Shown one piece after another: positions 28,629 to 37,708 of a DNA stretch of 64,000 bases; the first letter of the stretch is position 1, and each line of letters begins with the position of its first letter. The notes under the pieces were generated by a model. It had not been told where the DNA came from and made no database searches. It saw only the letters and a program-made list of their open reading frames with translations. The stretch comes from Candidatus Woesebacteria bacterium (GTDB taxonomy: Bacteria; Patescibacteriota; Microgenomatia; UBA8517): assembly GCA_013374835.1 (NCBI GenBank), contig CP055307.1, positions 343,315 through 407,314 of the forward strand, written 5' to 3'. The position numbers and the translations under genes were made by a program.

Positions 28629-29852
28629 ATGAAGAATATTATTGAGTCAAAAAAATTTGTAGTTACGTTTAGTATGCTTGGGCTTTTTATGCTTTCAACA
28701 GGGTTTTCATGGGCTGCCTTTAGTTTTTTAGCGAAGGATTCGGTTGACGGCGGGAATAGTCTGAGCGGGCTTGCCAAAGATCGTTCGAAAATATCTGAAG
28801 CTCCAAAAACCGAAGCATGTCCTATAAATGGTGAAATGTTTAGTAAGGCGGAGAGGGATATTTGGGAGACGAGAAGGCCGATGGCTGTTGTGATTGAAAA
28901 CCATTTGGATTCACGGCCACAGTCCGGTTTGTCTCGCGCAGATGTAGTTTACGAAGTGGTTGCCGAAGGTGGTATAACCCGTTTTTTGGCAATTTTTTAT
29001 TGTGGGGCTTCTGCGTCTGATATAACTATTGGTCCGATTAGAAGCGCAAGGACTTATCTTATTAATTGGGCTTCGGAATATGGAGAAAACCCTCTTTTTG
29101 TGCATTTTGGGGGTGCTAATAATATTTGTGGAGATTGTCCCGGAGGGGTAAAACCAAGAGGTACGGTGGCACCTGAAGTTATGGCACTTGAGACTTTGAT
29201 AAAAATGGGGTGGAGGCATTCACAGGGCAATGCTTTGGACGGAGGTGCTAATGTAAGCTATCCTGCTATAAAGAGAGACCAAACCCGTCTTGGAAATGTG
29301 TCTGCGTGGGAGCATTCTGCTATCGGGTCGAGTGATCTTCTTTTTGATCTTGGTATTGAAAGGGGATTTGGATATGAACAGGATGGAGAGCCTTGGCACT
29401 CTAGTTTTGTTCAGTGGAAGTTTGAAGATGATGCGCCAGTTTCTGGTGTTAAAGCATCAGAAATAGAGTTTGAGTTTTGGAGTAACAAGCCGGAATACAA
29501 CGTTCGCTGGGAGTACGATGCTTCCTCTAATAGTTATAAAAGATTTAACGGGGGCAAGGCGCATACCGATTGGGAGTTTGATAAACCTCAACTTAGTGTC
29601 AAGAATGTAGTTATTCAATTTGTTTTTGAAAAAGGACCAGTTGATCGCGAGCTTCATATGTATTACGAAACCGTTGATGAAGGAGATGCTTTGATTTTTA
29701 AAAATGGAGATGTAATTGAGGGGTCTTGGGAAAAAGATTCGGCATCGGGAAGAACTATTTTTTATGATAAGAACGGAGATGAAATTAGTTTTGTAAGAGG
29801 CAAAATTTGGATTGAAGCCGTACCTCGAGGAAACGATATCGAGTACAATTAG
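28629..29852 (+). CDS. DUF3048 (YerB-like) secreted/lipoprotein
   Basis: …PMAVVIENH…SRPQSGLSRADVVYE…AEGGITRFLAIF… matches DUF3048. Start chosen at MKNIIE after the upstream stop. Confidence 0.6.
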   Translation: MKNIIESKKFVVTFSMLGLFMLSTGFSWAAFSFLAKDSVDGGNSLSGLAKDRSKISEAPKTEACPINGEMFSKAERDIWETRRPMAVVIENHLDSRPQSGLSRADVVYEVVAEGGITRFLAIFYCGASASDITIGPIRSARTYLINWASEYGENPLFVHFGGANNICGDCPGGVKPRGTVAPEVMALETLIKMGWRHSQGNALDGGANVSYPAIKRDQTRLGNVSAWEHSAIGSSDLLFDLGIERGFGYEQDGEPWHSSFVQWKFEDDAPVSGVKASEIEFEFWSNKPEYNVRWEYDASSNSYKRFNGGKAHTDWEFDKPQLSVKNVVIQFVFEKGPVDRELHMYYETVDEGDALIFKNGDVIEGSWEKDSASGRTIFYDKNGDEISFVRGKIWIEAVPRGNDIEYN

Positions 29853-29890
29853 TTTACATTTGTGTTAATTTAGTATAAACTCCTTTAAAT

Positions 29891-30475
29891 ATGTCTGGAT
29901 TAGGAGATTTTATAACTTCAAAAGTGAGGGTCAAGATACTTGAACTTTTTTTTTCTAATCCATCCGAAATGTATCATGTAAGGGGTATTGTACGCGAGAT
30001 TAAAGAGGAGATAAATGCGGTAAGGCGTGAACTTGCTCGGCTTGAGTCGGCAGGAATGGTTAGGAAAGAGTCGAGGGGAAACAGGGTTTACTATTGGTTG
30101 AGAAATGATTATTTGATGTATGGAGATTTAATTTCCATGATATCAAAAACAACGGGGCTTGGATCGCAGATAATTCAAAACAGAAAAAAAATTGGTAGGC
30201 CCTTGTTTGTTATGTTTTCGGGGCGATTCGCACGGTATAAAGAAAGAAAAAGAGATGATGAGGTAGATGTTTTGGTTGTTGGGGATATTGTACTACCAGA
30301 GCTTGCTACTTTAATAAGGGTAGAAGAATCAAAAAGATCTGTTGAAATTAACTACACGGTGATGAGTAGAGAAGAATTTGAATTTCGCAAAAAAAGGCGT
30401 GATCCGTTTATATTAAGCGTTCTTTCCGGTAGTCGTGTGATGGTGATTGGGGATGAAGAGCTTTTAGTAAGTTAA
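29891..30475 (+). CDS. winged-HTH domain protein, putative transcriptional regulator
   Basis: N-terminal ArsR/MarR-like wHTH (…YHVRGIVREIKEEINAVRRELARLESAGMV…). Upstream of secDF. Confidence 0.4.
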   Translation: MSGLGDFITSKVRVKILELFFSNPSEMYHVRGIVREIKEEINAVRRELARLESAGMVRKESRGNRVYYWLRNDYLMYGDLISMISKTTGLGSQIIQNRKKIGRPLFVMFSGRFARYKERKRDDEVDVLVVGDIVLPELATLIRVEESKRSVEINYTVMSREEFEFRKKRRDPFILSVLSGSRVMVIGDEELLVS

Positions 30476-30483
30476 GATAAGAA

Positions 30484-31806
30484 ATGTATAGAAAAACCGG
30501 AAGGCGAATTGTCATAATTTTAGTAATTACATTAGCATCACTTTATATTAGTCTTCCAAATATAATTCCGGTAAAAATAAATTATAAAGATAAAAGAATA
30601 GTAGATACCGTATTAAAAAAAAGATTTTTGGCTAATGATCTTAGGCTTGGGCTTGATTTGGTTGGCGGAAGTTATCTTGTGTTTGAGGCGGATACTTCGG
30701 AAATTTCACCCGAGTTACGTGCGGATGCTTTAAGCTCATTGAAAGATGTTATGGAAAAGAGAGTAAACTTGTTTGGTATTGCCGAGCCTAATATTCAGCT
30801 TTCTTCGTTTGAGGGGAGAGATAGAATAATTGTTGAATTGCCGGGAGTGCGAGATACAAAGGAGGCGATTGAATTAGTTGGAAAGACTGCTCAGCTGACT
30901 TTTGCAGAAGTTGTTGAACCAGCAGATGAGGGAGAAGAGGCAGGCTTGGCAGTTACTGATTTAACTGGCGCTGATTTGATTGATGCCGAGGTGGGATTTG
31001 ACCAGGTAAGCGGAAAGCCTGTAGTGATAGTTAGGTTTAACAATGAGGGGAAGGAAAAATTTTCGAAATTAACTGAAAAAAATATCAACAAACCGCTTCC
31101 AATTATTTTAGATGGGCAGGTAATATCTGCGCCTGTTGTTCAAGACAAGATTGATGGAGGGGTTGCGCAGATTTCAGGAGATTTTACCATAGATGAAGCA
31201 AAAGAGCTTAGTATTCAATTAAACGCAGGAGCTTTGCCTGTTAAAGTTGAGTTGGTTTCTGAAAGGACGGTTGGTGCCAGCTTGGGAAGAGAGTCGGTTG
31301 AAAAAAGCGTTAGAGCAGGTATTGTAGGACTTTTATTTGTTTTGGTATTTATGGCGGTTTTTTACGGCAAGCTTGGATTGGTCGCCGATATAGGTTTAAT
31401 AATATTTGGATTGATTACCCTTTCTCTTTATAAGCTTATACCCGTTGTTTTGACGCTACCTGGGATTGCCGGATTTTTGCTATCCGTGGGTATGGCTGTG
31501 GATTCAAATATTTTAATTTTCGAGAGGTTTCGTGAGGAGCGAAGAGTGGGGGTAAATATAATTTACGCGCTTGAGACTTCGTTTGACCGCGCTTGGGATT
31601 CGATAAAAGATGCTAATATTGCTACTCTTTTGACCGCTTTTGTCTTGGCGAATCCCTTGAATTGGAATTTTCTTCACACATCAGGGCCTGTACGGGGTTT
31701 TGCAATTACTCTTGCTTTGGGTATTGGGATAAGTCTTTTTACTGGTATTTTTGTGTCCAGAAATTTGCTTCGCTATTTTATTAGAGAAAGGAGTGACAAC
31801 AAATGA
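30484..31806 (+). CDS. secD: protein translocase subunit SecD
   Basis: N-terminal TM, periplasmic domain, C-terminal 6 TM. Followed by SecF. Confidence 0.9.
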   Translation: MYRKTGRRIVIILVITLASLYISLPNIIPVKINYKDKRIVDTVLKKRFLANDLRLGLDLVGGSYLVFEADTSEISPELRADALSSLKDVMEKRVNLFGIAEPNIQLSSFEGRDRIIVELPGVRDTKEAIELVGKTAQLTFAEVVEPADEGEEAGLAVTDLTGADLIDAEVGFDQVSGKPVVIVRFNNEGKEKFSKLTEKNINKPLPIILDGQVISAPVVQDKIDGGVAQISGDFTIDEAKELSIQLNAGALPVKVELVSERTVGASLGRESVEKSVRAGIVGLLFVLVFMAVFYGKLGLVADIGLIIFGLITLSLYKLIPVVLTLPGIAGFLLSVGMAVDSNILIFERFREERRVGVNIIYALETSFDRAWDSIKDANIATLLTAFVLANPLNWNFLHTSGPVRGFAITLALGIGISLFTGIFVSRNLLRYFIRERSDNK

Positions 31807-32693
31807 ACTGGATGAAATACAGACCTTTTTATTTAGTTCTTAGTGTTTTCATGATTGCACTGTCTTTTTATGGGATTATCGGGTGGGGTGTCAATTTAGG
31901 CGTTGATTTCTTGGGTGGTGCTATGATTGAGTATTCATTTTCCAATGTCGTGTCGACAGAGGATGTTTCAAACTCGCTAAATAAAGAAGGATTTGATGTG
32001 GCTAGTGTTCAGGTAATTGGAGACGGGAATATATTAATTCGTCTTGCTGAGGTGGATGAAAAAGCACGTGAGAGGATTAAAGAGATACTTGGTGAATTGG
32101 CCGGCGGTGAAGTATCAGAAGTTCGCTACGAAAGTGTAGGACCATCCATCGGACCCGAGCTTATAAAAAAGACAGTTTATGCCGTAATTATTTCAGCCGG
32201 AGGTATACTTATTTGGGTTGCATTGCAGTTTAGGAGTTTAAGATTCGGTGTTTCGGCGATACTAGCGATGTTTCATGACAGTTTTATTTTGGTTGGCAGT
32301 AGCTCGATTTTAGGCTATTTTTTTGGAATGGAGGTTGATTTCTTGTTTGTTACAGCACTTTTGACCACTCTTTCTTTTTCGGTGCATGATACGATTGTGG
32401 TTTATGATAGGATACGCGAGATCAGAAGAAAAAAGGGAGGTGAGTTTAAGGATATTGCTAATAGAGCAATATCTGAAACAATGAGAAGATCGATAAATAA
32501 TTCTGTTACAATAATCCTTATGCTTTTGGCGCTTGTTATTTTGGGTGGTACTTCTACTCGTTGGTTTGCATTGGCGCTTCTTGTGGGGACTGTTCTTGGA
32601 ACATATTCGTCTCCTTTTGTGGCTGTTCCGCTTTTGGTTACATGGGGAGAAGTGGCTGAAAAGATTAGGAGAGTATATAATAAGAAAATATAA
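31803..32693 (+). CDS. secF: protein translocase subunit SecF
   Basis: 296 aa with SecF TM arrangement. Overlaps secD stop. Confidence 0.9.
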   Translation: MNWMKYRPFYLVLSVFMIALSFYGIIGWGVNLGVDFLGGAMIEYSFSNVVSTEDVSNSLNKEGFDVASVQVIGDGNILIRLAEVDEKARERIKEILGELAGGEVSEVRYESVGPSIGPELIKKTVYAVIISAGGILIWVALQFRSLRFGVSAILAMFHDSFILVGSSSILGYFFGMEVDFLFVTALLTTLSFSVHDTIVVYDRIREIRRKKGGEFKDIANRAISETMRRSINNSVTIILMLLALVILGGTSTRWFALALLVGTVLGTYSSPFVAVPLLVTWGEVAEKIRRVYNKKI

Positions 32694-32701
32694 TTTGAGA
32701 G

Positions 32702-33604
32702 ATGGTTGATTGGATTAAAAGAAATAAAGTTTTGAGTTTTTTAATTCTTCTTGTTGTTTCATATTTTTTGTACTCAAAATTGGTTAGGCCCTATTTTTAT
32801 CTTCAGCGAGATTTTGATGTACCAATGAAAAGTTTGTCTGAATCCAGTGAAGGTGCGGGTGAGGTTTCTATGGCAGAGCCTATGGCTTTGAGAGATGCTC
32901 CTTTTTCGAATAGTTCACAAAAAGCAAGCTCTCAGGGTGGAATGGTTATTCAGAATTCTAGTATATCTCTTCTTGTAAGTGATGTGCGGGAAACCGGCGA
33001 AAAGATAGTTTCTTATGCAAAAAATGTGGGTGGATTTATGGCGCAGTCAAGCTACAGTAGGCCGGATGAATCAGCCTTTGCGACGATTACGGTACGAGTG
33101 CCTAAATCAAGATTTGATGAGGCTATGGCTTATTATCGATCTCTTTCAATAAAGGTTACTAACGAGATGCTTATAGGTGAGGATGTTACTGAGGAGTATG
33201 TGAATATTGAAGAGAGATTGGAAACGCTTGAAAAGACCAAGGCCAAGTTTGAAGAGATATTGGATCAGGCAAGTGAGGTTGAGGATATTTTGCAGGTAAC
33301 GAGAGAGCTTACTAATTTGCAGTACCAGATTGATGCATTGATCGGTCAGAAAGAGTCTATTGAGAAGAATGTTGAGTTAACCAAGATTACTTTGTACTTG
33401 TCAACCGATGAGCTTTCGCTTCCATATACACCTGATGATAAATTTAGGCCAAATGTGGTTTTCAAGCTTGCGGTGAGAAGTCTTGTTAAAAGTCTGATTG
33501 GAGCCGGTAAAGCTCTTATTTGGGTTGGGGTTTACAGCGTTATTTGGCTCCCTATCTTGGTAGTTATTTTTCTTGTTAGAAAAAGGAAGGGTCTTAGGAG
33601 ATAA
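32702..33604 (+). CDS. DUF4349-like protein (N- and C-terminal TM, central coiled coil)
   Basis: Architecture matches DUF4349. Confidence 0.45.
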   Translation: MVDWIKRNKVLSFLILLVVSYFLYSKLVRPYFYLQRDFDVPMKSLSESSEGAGEVSMAEPMALRDAPFSNSSQKASSQGGMVIQNSSISLLVSDVRETGEKIVSYAKNVGGFMAQSSYSRPDESAFATITVRVPKSRFDEAMAYYRSLSIKVTNEMLIGEDVTEEYVNIEERLETLEKTKAKFEEILDQASEVEDILQVTRELTNLQYQIDALIGQKESIEKNVELTKITLYLSTDELSLPYTPDDKFRPNVVFKLAVRSLVKSLIGAGKALIWVGVYSVIWLPILVVIFLVRKRKGLRR

Positions 33605-33642
33605 AGTTGACTTTTGCTATTGGGATTTTGTAAAGTGAAGCT

Positions 33643-34677
33643 ATGTTAAGAAGATTTTTTCTTTTGTTAACTTGTTTGAGTTTGGGTATATTTGGGTTTT
33701 ATCAGGCTCGTTGGAGCGTATTTGCCGATGAGGAGAGGCCGGATGGTGGAGTTTTTTCCGGAGCCGATTCAAGGCTAAAGCAGGCTTATGATTGGCTTAC
33801 TACCAAGGGGGACAATTACGGAGCGACCGATGCCGTAGATTGGGACAGCACAACTAATAACTGGGGGACCTATTGGAACAGAATAATGGAGGCCGCCGCT
33901 TGGGAGCCGGACGGGACGGCTACTACGGGCGATGTCCCCAGCGGGTTTACTTTTTATGCGGGGAATGGGGATAGAACTATTAAGACGGGTACGATGTTTG
34001 AGCTTCAGGCAAATATTGCTTATGATGATTATAGGTGTTCGAATAATAATCAGGAAGGTACCGGAACATGTGCTATTGACAGCGGTGACTATGAGTATAT
34101 TGATGAGGAGGGGGTTTGGACTCTGGTGTCAGACCCGGGCGGTACACCGGCAAGCGTGACCGGGGGTGTACCTGAAGTTACTGTATCTTTGCTTTCAAAT
34201 AAGGTTTACCAAGACAATTGGACAAAGCTTTATTGGACAGACAGGACGAATGAGCAGGTGGACAATGAATTTAAGTATATAAACGGTGCTGATCGCGTAG
34301 ATCCGGGTGTGGGGATCGAGTCGTGTAATTTTAACTCGCCTGGAAATGCCAACCAATATTGTGACAATCAGGATCCCTTAGGTGTCTATACGGAGGATGA
34401 TGATGTGTCTGCCGCTGAGTTTTGCTTAAATCTCTCTCTTGATGATGGCAATGGTGTCAAAACAGACTGGAGGCTGCCTACACAGAAAGAGCTGATGCAG
34501 GCATATATTAATGGTGCGGCTAACAATTTACCCAATGTTGCTGCCAGCCATTGGTCAAGTACGGAGGGCTATAATAGCCAGAGCAATGCCTGGCACGTGT
34601 TCCTGGCCAACGGCGGCACGTACGGCTACACTAAGGATTCGGCCTCCAGGTATGCTCGATGTGTTCGCCGAGACTAA
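33643..34677 (+). CDS. secreted protein with C-terminal DUF1566 (Lcl C-terminal-like) domain
   Basis: Signal peptide. C-terminal WRLPT..EL…HWSST…AW.V…G…RCVR motif set. GC visibly higher than neighbours. Confidence 0.6.
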   Translation: MLRRFFLLLTCLSLGIFGFYQARWSVFADEERPDGGVFSGADSRLKQAYDWLTTKGDNYGATDAVDWDSTTNNWGTYWNRIMEAAAWEPDGTATTGDVPSGFTFYAGNGDRTIKTGTMFELQANIAYDDYRCSNNNQEGTGTCAIDSGDYEYIDEEGVWTLVSDPGGTPASVTGGVPEVTVSLLSNKVYQDNWTKLYWTDRTNEQVDNEFKYINGADRVDPGVGIESCNFNSPGNANQYCDNQDPLGVYTEDDDVSAAEFCLNLSLDDGNGVKTDWRLPTQKELMQAYINGAANNLPNVAASHWSSTEGYNSQSNAWHVFLANGGTYGYTKDSASRYARCVRRD

Positions 34678-34860
34678 AATAGAATTTAAACTATTTATTT
34701 TTTATAATTTTGACGCTATTCTGAATGTAGCCTAAGATTTTATCTTTTCAACCCCGTTAGATAGTACTTGAATGATAGATTTGATCTTGTTTTGAGTATT
34801 ATCTAATGGGGTAATGGGAGATGAAGATAGTTTTTAAAAATTAGTCTGTTTCGCTTTCAC

Positions 34861-34920
34861 GAACAACAATACTAAGGATTCAGGGAGCCGCTATGCATGT
34901 TGCGTTCGCCGAGACTTATG
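34861..34920 (+). repeat. diverged relic copy of the DUF1566 gene 3' end (…TKDSGSRYACCVRRD)
   Basis: ACTAAGGATTC…TATGC…GTTCGCCGAGACT aligns with 34630-34677, about 75% identical. Short ORF remnant only. Confidence 0.6.
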
Positions 34921-35171
34921 TTTTAGAAACTTGGTTACGAGCCCACCTTAATTAGCCACTAAGCATTTACCTATTTCTTCAGGAGCAGGAAGCCGGTCAA
35001 AGTGTGAGCAAGTTGCTTTCAAGATTTAGTTTAAATTCGACGAGAGCGTTGATGGTGGTTCTTTTATGTCGGAGGCAGGCAAGACAAGCAGCCAGCACAA
35101 CTTGGGCATTGTAAATATACTCGTTTGTGGTAGTGTGTGTATTTACTGGAGTGGTTATTGACATTTTTGAC

Positions 35172-35486
35172 TTATGGCTTTGACGTCTCGAGGCGATGAA
35201 GACGTATTTGATGGTTTTTAAGCATATTGTCGTGTTTTTCTAGACGATGGTTTATTATTACTCGTTCCTCTCGGCTTGCTTGGACTTCTTTGAGTATGGG
35301 ATCAATTCTGTCGTAAAATTCGCTTCTCCAGAACTGAAATTCTTGTCTGATTTCTTCTTTTATGTCTTCAAGATCATCTTTAGTAGCAAATCTTTTTAGA
35401 TCATCTTTAGTAGCAAATCTTTTTAGATCATCTTTAGTAGCAAAAATGGTTTTAAGTTTTTTTATGTCCTTATCTGTTATTGCCAT
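35172..35486 (-). CDS. small coiled-coil protein with three tandem FATKDDLKR repeats
   Basis: 104 aa. The repeats are encoded by 27-bp DNA tandem repeats. Resembles ATK(E/D)DL-repeat coiled-coil proteins. Confidence 0.5.
   Translation of the reverse strand: MAITDKDIKKLKTIFATKDDLKRFATKDDLKRFATKDDLEDIKEEIRQEFQFWRSEFYDRIDPILKEVQASREERVIINHRLEKHDNMLKNHQIRLHRLETSKP
35373..35444. repeat. 27-bp tandem repeat x ~2.7 (ATCATCTTTAGTAGCAAATCTTTTTAG)
   Basis: Two perfect copies plus a partial third, read directly. Confidence 0.85.
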
Positions 35487-35581
35487 AATTCATTTTACTT
35501 TTTGGTTAATTATTTTCAAGGATCAATATATACATAATTTGTAAAAGGGTAAAATTATGTGTTATGGTAAAGAGATGAACG

Positions 35582-37702
35582 GTGGATAGATTTGTTGCAA
35601 TGAAAAAGGTTTTAACTGCTTTAGTAATAGAGATCGTTATTTTTGTGGTTAGTGTAGGTTTTGTTTCAGCGGCTTCGGTTTCTGTAAAGGGGCGTGCAAG
35701 AGTGATAAATACAGACGGCTTTCTTGATTTTACTAATTACAATTCAAACGTGACTGTTGATAACGAGGGTGGGAATTTTTCCGGCTACGCGTTCTTAGAA
35801 GATATCGGCTGGGTGGATTTTAGCGGGGTGACTATTGATTTAGCGAGTGGAGTTGTTAGCGGGAGCGCTGAGATTTCCGCAACGAGCGGGATTTTGGATT
35901 TTACAAATTATAATTCCAATGTGTCTGCTAATATAAGTAGCGGTGTTTTTAGTGGTTATGTTTTCTCTCAAGACTTGGGGTGGATTGATTTTTCTGAACC
36001 TGGTGTGAACACAAATAGCATAACACTTGATACGGTTGCCCCATTGGGATTTTCTCTAGATAGCCCCGGGGGAGATACTTATACTACAAATACTCGACCT
36101 ACTTATAGATGGAAGACGACGAGTGATGAACTAACTAATATTGCTTCTTATAGCCTGGAGGTTGATAACGGCGACAGTGGTGATTTTTCGATTGCTAATA
36201 TTCCGGCAGAGAGAACGGAGGATTGGGTTACTGCCAAATATACGGCAAAATACAGCGGGTTTTCCGATAGTGATACAGACAATAATTATATAAGCGTTTA
36301 TACGCATTCTTCGAGCGAGTGGGTACAAGAAAATAATGACGGGGAGCTTAAGGAGGGAAAACGCATTTGGAAAGTTAAGGCTAAGGATTCAAATGGTAAT
36401 GAGCGGGTTGAGACAAGAACGCTTTTTGTGGACTTAACAGCCCCAACGATTGGTGAATTGTATGTAAACCAGAAAAGTTATACGTCGAACTTGGCAACAC
36501 CCGATGTAAGACCTGTTATTTCCGGAAGATTGATTGACTACTTGGCGGGAGACAAAGATGAAAACAAAGTTGCCTCCGGCCCTAATGAAATTGAGATAAA
36601 AATCGAGAAACAGAATTTTTCGGGTTTATATGAGATTCATAGTTTGGTAAATATAAAGACTCCAAAGTCGTTCTGGCTTGAGACGCACGAGGAGATAATT
36701 GATAACGGCAAACAGCTTTATGCAAAATATTCTGATTTTTCTTTTTCTCCGGCTGAAAACTTTGCAAGAGGAAAATATAGGATTAGTCTGAAGGGTAAAG
36801 ATTCGGCGGGAAATATGGGCAGCGAAATATTTTTTAATTTGGAAATTGTCGGTGAAGAAAAAATCAGAGAAATTATAGAAAAAGAGGAGGAAGATACGGC
36901 CGATATTGGAATTGAGAAAGAGAAAGAGAAGATAAGTGAGAAAGAGGCGGAGGATTTGGTAGTTTCTATTCCTGAAGAAATTGAAGATGGGGAAGGTTTT
37001 TTAGCCAAACTTGGTGGTTTTGTAAACAGAGTGTACTGGAGAATTGTCGGTACTACAAAGTCAGGTATTACTTTTATTGCCCAGGTTTGGAAGGGGTATA
37101 GTGGATTTGTCCACGAGGCAAATGAAAGATCGCTTGCGTTTGTCGGCAGGCAGATTAGTGCGACGGGGCAGACTCTAGCCGGTACTTATAATTCTTTGAC
37201 GCAAAAAGCTCCGGGAGTCGTTGGCAGGGCAATGTTGGCGTTTAATAATGCGCTTGGAAGGTCGGGCACTGCGATAGCTTCCGTATTTAATTCAACGACA
37301 GATCTTATTGCAAGTACTGGCTGGGGAGTTGTCGGTTATTTTAGTCCAATGGTTGATTCGGCGGGGCAATTTGTTTATAGACAGCAGGTTAAGATTTCAT
37401 CTATTGCCGAGATTCTTTTTGATGAAGATCCAACTGTCATTTCAAGCGTAAAGGTGGCCGAGGTGGGCCGTGATTATGTGGTTATCACTTGGGAGACGAA
37501 TCATTATACAAAAAACAATAAGATCAATTATGGCAGAGATTTGTCTTACGGGCAAGACGTGATTTCCCAGGAGCGAGCCCGGCGCCATGAGTTTAAGATA
37601 GACGGCCTTGAGCCGGGAACTAAATATTATTTTGAAGTAATGAGCCAGAACAAAAATTATGTTTATGATGCATACCATGAGTTTAGCACACTTAATGAAT
37701 GA
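35582..37702 (+). CDS. large secreted surface protein with internal ~55-aa repeats and C-terminal fibronectin type III domain
   Basis: Signal peptide. Duplicated LDFTNYNSNV…FSGY.F..D.GW.DFS modules. An acidic EKEEED linker. FN3-like end (…VVITWETN…GLEPGTKYYFEV…). Confidence 0.55.
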   Translation: MDRFVAMKKVLTALVIEIVIFVVSVGFVSAASVSVKGRARVINTDGFLDFTNYNSNVTVDNEGGNFSGYAFLEDIGWVDFSGVTIDLASGVVSGSAEISATSGILDFTNYNSNVSANISSGVFSGYVFSQDLGWIDFSEPGVNTNSITLDTVAPLGFSLDSPGGDTYTTNTRPTYRWKTTSDELTNIASYSLEVDNGDSGDFSIANIPAERTEDWVTAKYTAKYSGFSDSDTDNNYISVYTHSSSEWVQENNDGELKEGKRIWKVKAKDSNGNERVETRTLFVDLTAPTIGELYVNQKSYTSNLATPDVRPVISGRLIDYLAGDKDENKVASGPNEIEIKIEKQNFSGLYEIHSLVNIKTPKSFWLETHEEIIDNGKQLYAKYSDFSFSPAENFARGKYRISLKGKDSAGNMGSEIFFNLEIVGEEKIREIIEKEEEDTADIGIEKEKEKISEKEAEDLVVSIPEEIEDGEGFLAKLGGFVNRVYWRIVGTTKSGITFIAQVWKGYSGFVHEANERSLAFVGRQISATGQTLAGTYNSLTQKAPGVVGRAMLAFNNALGRSGTAIASVFNSTTDLIASTGWGVVGYFSPMVDSAGQFVYRQQVKISSIAEILFDEDPTVISSVKVAEVGRDYVVITWETNHYTKNNKINYGRDLSYGQDVISQERARRHEFKIDGLEPGTKYYFEVMSQNKNYVYDAYHEFSTLNE

Positions 37703-37708
37703 AAAGTG

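Noticed and set aside
33643-34925. Diversity-generating retroelement (VR/TR pair) at the DUF1566 gene 3' end
   Set aside because: Differences between the two repeat copies are not restricted to adenine positions. The copies are only about 75% identical, with an indel. No reverse transcriptase ORF exists anywhere in the window.
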